Part shown: positions 58,198 through 64,000 of the stretch, one piece after another
How positions within the stretch are numbered: the stretch's first letter is position 1
How the letters are laid out: every line of letters begins with the position of its first letter
NCBI GenBank assembly: GCA_045646985.1
Contig: JAZRLV010000094.1
Location: 10,158-74,157, forward strand
DNA: 64,000 bases
Source: Clostridia bacterium
GTDB taxonomy: Bacteria > Bacillota > Clostridia > UMGS1883
Direction: 5' to 3'
Position numbers and translations under genes: made by a program
Notes under the pieces: model-generated
What the model was told of the DNA's origin: nothing
What the model saw: the letters and a program-made list of their open reading frames with translations, nothing else
Databases searched by the model: none

Positions 58198-59288
58198 AGG
58201 CCTTAGAATTAGAGCTTTATAATTTCAGAAATTATAGTAATGAAAAAATAAGCTTTGGTGATGAAATAAATATAATATGCGGCGATAACGGAATGGGTAA
58301 AACAAATATACTTGAAGCTGTTTATTATTTTTCTTACGGAAGGAGCTTCCGCTCAAACGGAAGAGAAGTAATAAAAGATGGAGAAAAGGAAAGCCGTATA
58401 AAGCTTGATTTTAAAAACGAAGAAAGAAATTATGAAGGTGAAATAAAATTTCTCAGTACAAAAAGAAAAGAAATATATATAAATGAAATAGAATTAAAAA
58501 AAACAAGTCAGCTTTTGGGAAATTTTATATGTGTTCTTTTTACTCCCGATGAAATGGGAATTGTGAAAGGAATGCCTGATATAAGAAGAAAATTTTGTGA
58601 CAGTGCTATTATGCCTCTTCGTCCGCAATTTATAAAAGAGCTTATTCGTTACAGAACAATAATAAATCAAAAAACAGCTCTTTTAAAAAGCAGAGATTAT
58701 AAAACTTTAGATATTTGGAATGAAAAAATGGCAGATTGCGGCAGTCGTATAATGCTTATGCGTGCAAGCTATATAGAAAGAATAAAAGAAAAAGCAAAAG
58801 AGCTGCAAAAAGATATATCTCTCGGAAAAGAAGAACTGGGTATAAGATATAATCCATCTGTAAAAATGGGTGAAAGTATAAAGGAAATAAAAGAAAATTT
58901 TTTAAAAAAGCTTGATGAATATAAGGAAAAAGAAAAAGAAAATTTTTTCTGTATGACAGGACCGCATAGAGATGAAATAGATTTTGAAATAAACGGAAAA
59001 AATGCAAAAAGCTACGCAAGTCAGGGGCAAATAAGAACGGCTGTATTATGTCTTAAATCATCTCAAATGGAAATAATTAAAGAAGAAACAGGAAATTATC
59101 CGGTTATGCTGCTTGACGATATTTTAAGCGAGCTTGATAAAAAAAGACGTGACTTTTTAGTTTCTCAGATAAAAGGAAAACAAATAATTATAACCTGTAC
59201 AGATATAGAAAAATCCTTTATAGGTGAGAATACAAATATTATAAAAATAAAAGATGGAAAAAAGCAGTGTGATGATGCACCCATTTAG
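58194..59288 (+). CDS. recF: DNA replication/repair protein RecF
   Basis: 364 aa; Walker A GDNGMGKTN; SMC-like signature; LLLDDILSELD. Confidence 0.95.
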   Translation: MKALELELYNFRNYSNEKISFGDEINIICGDNGMGKTNILEAVYYFSYGRSFRSNGREVIKDGEKESRIKLDFKNEERNYEGEIKFLSTKRKEIYINEIELKKTSQLLGNFICVLFTPDEMGIVKGMPDIRRKFCDSAIMPLRPQFIKELIRYRTIINQKTALLKSRDYKTLDIWNEKMADCGSRIMLMRASYIERIKEKAKELQKDISLGKEELGIRYNPSVKMGESIKEIKENFLKKLDEYKEKEKENFFCMTGPHRDEIDFEINGKNAKSYASQGQIRTAVLCLKSSQMEIIKEETGNYPVMLLDDILSELDKKRRDFLVSQIKGKQIIITCTDIEKSFIGENTNIIKIKDGKKQCDDAPI

Positions 59289-59328
59289 AATTTTTACTAT
59301 GAAATAAAAGGTATAAAGGTGAGGAAAA

Positions 59329-59592
59329 ATGTTTCTTCATATAGGAGAAGGAAAAATTCTGAATAAAAAAGATATTGTGGGTATTTTTGATTTGGAAACA
59401 ACCTCAATAAGTAAAAAAACGAGGGAATTTTTAAGAATAAATGAGAAAAAAAAGAATGTGATATATGTGTCGGAGGAAATTCCTAAAACTTTTGTGATAG
59501 AAAAGAATAAAAAGGTTTATATTTCTCAGATATCATCGCAAACACTTTACAAGAGATCAGAAAGGATTGACGGACTTGGAACAGAAAATTAA
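59329..59592 (+). CDS. remB: DUF370 protein (YaaB/RemB-like extracellular matrix regulator)
   Basis: 87 aa; conserved recF-DUF370-gyrB position; overlaps the gyrB start by 26 nt. Confidence 0.7.
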   Translation: MFLHIGEGKILNKKDIVGIFDLETTSISKKTREFLRINEKKKNVIYVSEEIPKTFVIEKNKKVYISQISSQTLYKRSERIDGLGTEN

Positions 59593-61513
59593 TGCTGCCT
59601 ATGACGAAAATCAAATACAGGTATTGGAAGGTCTTGAAGCTGTGAGAAAAAGACCCGGTATGTATATAGGCTCAACCTCTTCCAGGGGACTTCATCATCT
59701 TGTTTACGAAATTGTAGATAACAGTATAGATGAAGCGCTTGCAGGTTACTGTACTCAAATTAATGTAACTATTAATGAGGATAATTCAGTAACTGTAAAG
59801 GATAATGGTAGAGGTATGCCTCACGGAATACATCCTAAAATGGGTATTTCAACCATTGATGTTATATTTACTGTTCTTCATGCAGGCGGTAAATTCGGCG
59901 GTGGAGGATATAAGGTTTCCGGCGGTCTGCATGGTGTTGGTGCGTCTGTTGTAAACGCTCTTTCTACAAAGCTTACTGTAGAGGTTCACGATGGTGAAAA
60001 AGTATGGTATCAAAGCTATAAAAGAGGTGTTCCTGAGGGTGAAGTAAGAGAAATAGGTACAACAAATACAACAGGTACAGAGGTTACTTTCTGGGCAGAT
60101 GGTGAAATTTTTGAAGAAACCGTATATGATTATGATATTCTGCTTAAAAGACTTCGTGAACAGGCATTTCTTAACGGCGGTATAAAAATTATATTTACTG
60201 ATAAAAGAGAAGAAAAGAGAGAAGAAATTCTCCATTACGACGGTGGCATTAAAAACTTTGTTTCTTATCTTCTTAATGATAAAAAGAGTAGAAAGGATAC
60301 TCTTTTAGAAGTTCATAATGAAGTTATTTACGTAAGCGGTGAGAAAAACGGAAGCATGGCAGAGGTTGCGATGCAGTGGAATAACGGATATGACGAAGTA
60401 ATTGAGTCTTTCGCAAATAATATTTCAACTACAGAGGGCGGAACGCACGAAACAGGCTTTAAGTCCGCACTTACAAAGGTTTTGGTTGAATACGGAAAGA
60501 AATATAAGCTCATTAAGGATAATGAGGAGCTTACAGGCGAAGATGCAAGAGAAGGTCTTATAGCAGTAATTTCAGTTAAGCTTGAAGAGCCGCAGTTTGA
60601 AGGACAGACAAAAACAAAACTTGGAAATAGTGAAATGCGTTCTCTTGTTGAAAATATGGTAAAAGAAAAGCTTGCAGATTTTCTTGAAGAAAACCCTGAT
60701 GTAGGAAGGTCAATTATAGAAAAGGCACTTATGGCATCACGTGCAAGACTTGCCGCAAGAAAAGCAAGGGAAGCAACAAGAAAAACTCCTTTGGGGTCAA
60801 GCTCTCTTCCCGGCAAGCTTACCGATTGTATAGTAAAAGACCCTACTAAGACAGAAATTTATATTGTCGAGGGTGATAGTGCAGGAGGCAGTGCAAAGAA
60901 CGGAAGAGACAGTAAATATCAGGCAATTCTTCCTCTTTGGGGTAAAATGCTTAACGTTGAAAAAGCTAGAGAAGACAAGGTATACGGAAATGACAAGCTT
61001 ACACCTGTAATTCAGGCATTGGGAACAGGAATAGGCGGAGAATTCAATATTGAAAAATTAAGATATGATAAGGTTATAATTATGGCCGATGCCGACGTTG
61101 ACGGTGCACATATTCAGACACTTCTTCTTACCTTCTTCTTCAGATTTATGCGTGAGCTTATAGAAACAGGTCATATATATCTTGCAAAGCCTCCGCTTTA
61201 TAAAATAAGCAGAGGTAAGAAGAGTCAGGTCGCATTCAGTGATGAAGAAAGAGATAAAATAAGTGAAGAATTTAAAAACGGTGATGAAAATGCAAAGGTA
61301 GATATAAGCCGTTATAAGGGTCTTGGTGAAATGAATCCTGAAGAGCTTTGGGAAACAACAATGGATCCTAAAAACAGAATTCTTCTTAAGGTTACACTTG
61401 AGGATGCGGCAAGAGCAGACGAAATATTCAGTATTTTGATGGGGGACGAAGTTGAACCAAGGCGTATATTCATAGAAGAAAATGCTCAGTACGTAACAAA
61501 TCTGGATGTATAG
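59567..61513 (+). CDS. gyrB: DNA gyrase subunit B
   Basis: 648 aa; GHKL ATPase, TOPRIM (EGDSAGG) and C-terminal tail. Confidence 0.95.
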   Translation: MTDLEQKINAAYDENQIQVLEGLEAVRKRPGMYIGSTSSRGLHHLVYEIVDNSIDEALAGYCTQINVTINEDNSVTVKDNGRGMPHGIHPKMGISTIDVIFTVLHAGGKFGGGGYKVSGGLHGVGASVVNALSTKLTVEVHDGEKVWYQSYKRGVPEGEVREIGTTNTTGTEVTFWADGEIFEETVYDYDILLKRLREQAFLNGGIKIIFTDKREEKREEILHYDGGIKNFVSYLLNDKKSRKDTLLEVHNEVIYVSGEKNGSMAEVAMQWNNGYDEVIESFANNISTTEGGTHETGFKSALTKVLVEYGKKYKLIKDNEELTGEDAREGLIAVISVKLEEPQFEGQTKTKLGNSEMRSLVENMVKEKLADFLEENPDVGRSIIEKALMASRARLAARKAREATRKTPLGSSSLPGKLTDCIVKDPTKTEIYIVEGDSAGGSAKNGRDSKYQAILPLWGKMLNVEKAREDKVYGNDKLTPVIQALGTGIGGEFNIEKLRYDKVIIMADADVDGAHIQTLLLTFFFRFMRELIETGHIYLAKPPLYKISRGKKSQVAFSDEERDKISEEFKNGDENAKVDISRYKGLGEMNPEELWETTMDPKNRILLKVTLEDAARADEIFSILMGDEVEPRRIFIEENAQYVTNLDV

Positions 61514-61555
61514 ACGGATTTTAAAAAACCTTTTAGATGAAAGGAAATATAAAAA

Positions 61556-64000
61556 ATGGCAAAAAATAAAAAATACGAAGACTCTCATTTTGAAGAATAC
61601 TTCGATACTCAAACCATTGTAGATATAGACATAGAAAAAAGAATGAAAGAGGCTTTCATCGATTATGCTATGAGCGTAATTGTAAGTCGTGCTCTTCCTG
61701 ATGTAAGAGACGGTCTTAAGCCTGTTCACAGAAGAATACTTTATTCGATGTATGAAGAAAACCTTACTTCGGATAAGCCGTTCTTTAAATCTGCTACTAC
61801 CGTAGGTAACGTTATAGGTAGGTATCATCCTCATGGTGATGCTTCTGTTTATGATGCTATGGTAAGATTGGCGCAGGATTTCTCTATGCGTTATCCGCTT
61901 ATTGACGGACACGGAAACTTTGGTAGTGTAGACGGTGACCCGCCGGCTGCATACCGTTATACAGAAGCCAGAATGAGTAAGCTTTCAAATGTTCTTCTTG
62001 AAAATATTGAGAAGAATACAGTTGATTTTGCTCCTAACTTTGATGAAAAGAGGAAAGAGCCTACAATTCTGCCTACAAGAATTCCGACATTGCTTGTAAA
62101 CGGAAGCAGCGGTATTGCTGTAGGTATGGCTACAAACATACCTCCCCATAACCTTACTGAAGTACTTAATGGTGCAATGGCACAAATCGATAACCCTGAT
62201 ATTACTGTAGAGGAGCTTATGGAGCATATTCAGGGTCCGGATTTTCCTACAAGTGCAACTATTATGGGAAGAAGCGGTATTCGCAGTGCTTATAATACAG
62301 GTAGAGGTAAGGTTATAATCCGTGCAAAAGCACAGATAGAGGAGCATAAAGACGGAACAAGCTCTATTATTGTAACAGAGCTTCCATATCAGGTAAATAA
62401 AAAGATGCTTGTTGAGTCTATTGCAAATCTTGTTAAGGAAAAGAAAATAGACGGCCTTTCAGATATTGATGACCATTCATCAGACCGTGTAGGAATTCGC
62501 CTTGAAATATTCTTAAAGAGAGATGCAAATCCTCATGTTGTTTTAAATCAGCTTTATAAATATACAAGACTACAGGACAGCTTTTCTGTAAATCTTCTTG
62601 CAATTTGTGACGGAAAGCCAAAGACAATGGGACTTAAAGAGGTTCTTAGCCATTTTATAGCTTTCCAGGAAGAAATTGTAACACGCCGTACAAAATACGA
62701 TCTTACAAAAGCAGAAGCAAGAATGCATATTCTTGAAGGACTTCGTATAGCACTTGCCAATATTGATGAGGTTATCGAGGTTATAAGAAATTCTTACGAC
62801 GATGCAAAAGAAAATCTTATGGCAAAATTCAGCCTTTCTGAAATACAGGCGCAAAGTGTACTTGATATGCGTCTTGCACAGCTTCAAAGATTGAATGGTG
62901 AAAAAATTGATGATGAGTATAATGAACTCACATTAAAGACTGAAGAATATAAGGCACTTCTTGCAGATAAAACACTTCTTTCTGCTCAGATTAAAAAAGA
63001 GCTTACCGAAATTCGTGATAAATTCGGTGATGAAAGAAAGACAAACATTGAAAATGTGATGACGGAAATCGATATAGAGGACCTCATTGAGGAGGAAGAG
63101 AGTGTATTTACCCTTACAAACAGCGGTTATATAAAGAGAATTCCTGCCTCCACATACCAGAGCCAACACCGAGGAGGTAAAGGCATCAAGGGTATGGGAA
63201 CTAAGGAAGAAGACTTTGTGGAAAGCATTATTGTGGCATCTACTCATGACCATATGCTGTTCTTCTCCTCAAAGGGAAGAATGTACAGAATGAAGGGTTA
63301 TCAGATTCCCGAAGCAAGCAGGCAAGCAAAGGGAAGTGCTATTGTAAACCTTCTTCCCATAGATAAGGACGAAAAAATAACAGCCGTAATTGCACTTCGT
63401 GAGTTTGAAGATGATAAATATCTTCTCATGTGTACAAGAAAAGGCGTAATAAAGAAAACCGCCGTATCGGATTACGATACCTCAAGAAAGGGCGGAATTA
63501 TAGGTATTTCGCTTGATGAGGGTGATGAGCTTATTAAGGTAGAACTTACAAACGGAGAAAATGAAGTAATCGTAGGTACCTATAACGGAATGGCAATAAG
63601 ATTCAATGAAAAAGATGTACGCTCAATGGGCAGAGTGACAAGGGGCGTTAAAGCCATTACCCTCAGAGAAAATGATTACATCATCGGAATGTGCCTTGCA
63701 AATGAGGATACACAGCTTCTTGCTGTAACGGAAAACGGCTACGGAAAGAGAACTGAGCTTTCCGAATACCGTGTACAAAATCGTGGCGGAGTAGGTATAA
63801 AGACCTATAAGTGCAGTGACGTAACGGGTAACGTAATAGGTATAAGATCCGTAAAGGATGGAGAAGATATTATTATGATTACCTCCGAGGGAATAATTAT
63901 CAGAATCCCTGCAAGCGGTATTAGTACCATAGGAAGAAGCACAAAGGGTGTAAGGCTGATGAGACTTAATGAGGGAGTAAAGGTTGTTTCTATGGGCGTT
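61556..64000 (+). CDS. gyrA: DNA gyrase subunit A (3' end beyond the window)
   Basis: ATG at 61556 with AAAGGAAAT RBS; active-site region AAMRYTEARM; open to the window edge, hence not in the ORF track. Confidence 0.95.
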   Translation, partial: MAKNKKYEDSHFEEYFDTQTIVDIDIEKRMKEAFIDYAMSVIVSRALPDVRDGLKPVHRRILYSMYEENLTSDKPFFKSATTVGNVIGRYHPHGDASVYDAMVRLAQDFSMRYPLIDGHGNFGSVDGDPPAAYRYTEARMSKLSNVLLENIEKNTVDFAPNFDEKRKEPTILPTRIPTLLVNGSSGIAVGMATNIPPHNLTEVLNGAMAQIDNPDITVEELMEHIQGPDFPTSATIMGRSGIRSAYNTGRGKVIIRAKAQIEEHKDGTSSIIVTELPYQVNKKMLVESIANLVKEKKIDGLSDIDDHSSDRVGIRLEIFLKRDANPHVVLNQLYKYTRLQDSFSVNLLAICDGKPKTMGLKEVLSHFIAFQEEIVTRRTKYDLTKAEARMHILEGLRIALANIDEVIEVIRNSYDDAKENLMAKFSLSEIQAQSVLDMRLAQLQRLNGEKIDDEYNELTLKTEEYKALLADKTLLSAQIKKELTEIRDKFGDERKTNIENVMTEIDIEDLIEEEESVFTLTNSGYIKRIPASTYQSQHRGGKGIKGMGTKEEDFVESIIVASTHDHMLFFSSKGRMYRMKGYQIPEASRQAKGSAIVNLLPIDKDEKITAVIALREFEDDKYLLMCTRKGVIKKTAVSDYDTSRKGGIIGISLDEGDELIKVELTNGENEVIVGTYNGMAIRFNEKDVRSMGRVTRGVKAITLRENDYIIGMCLANEDTQLLAVTENGYGKRTELSEYRVQNRGGVGIKTYKCSDVTGNVIGIRSVKDGEDIIMITSEGIIIRIPASGISTIGRSTKGVRLMRLNEGVKVVSMGV

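Noticed and set aside
61058-61912. 284-aa - strand ORF
   Set aside because: Lies antisense across the gyrB 3' end and gyrA 5' end; composition (Phe/Ile/Tyr-rich) is reverse-frame artefact of AT-rich coding DNA

Overview
This window is the replication-origin region of a low-GC, spore-forming Firmicutes (Clostridia-like) chromosome. The origin is clearly identifiable: rpmH, a putative oriC with DnaA-box-like repeats, dnaA, an AT-rich unwinding region, then dnaN-yaaA-recF-remB-gyrB-gyrA on the + strand. To its left, on the - strand, lie rnpA-yidD-yidC-jag-mnmE-mnmG-rsmG-noc-like-soj-spo0J-serS. Further left are housekeeping and sporulation genes. These include an amino-acid ABC transporter, proB-proA-proC, dusB, hom-lysC, comEC, rlmB, ctsR-mcsA-mcsB-clpC, two phosphofructokinases flanking glcK and a dGTPase, mutS2, gdhA, and the sporulation/germination genes spoVB-like, cotF-like, ypeB and ytvI. 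About 65 protein genes are supported. Two of them are under 60 aa and therefore absent from the ORF track: a 2x[4Fe-4S] ferredoxin and rpmH. Most long ORFs on the opposite strand of these genes are read-through artefacts. I found no canonical defence island, CRISPR array, prophage or rRNA/tRNA genes. Features worth a second look: (1) a family of intergenic TTCGAA/TTCGCA octamer-repeat elements, with two full copies and one partial; (2) a 278-bp MITE-like element with 23-28 bp terminal inverted repeats and TA flanks, 30 bp upstream of a coat-protein gene; (3) two copies of a conserved 20-bp hairpin core bracketing a C_GCAxxG_C_C redox gene; (4) a radical-SAM + DUF4130 'DNA modification/repair' gene pair of unknown function carrying a perfect intragenic parS; (5) a divergent Noc/ParB paralogue with GQRR instead of GERR; (6) a GC-rich three-way-junction hairpin between convergent genes; (7) a small 38-aa hydrophobic-peptide gene at the window start and a 59-aa acidic-protein gene divergent from a Bro-N protein. 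Hand-derived coordinates may be off by +/-1 nt where no ORF-track anchor was available.
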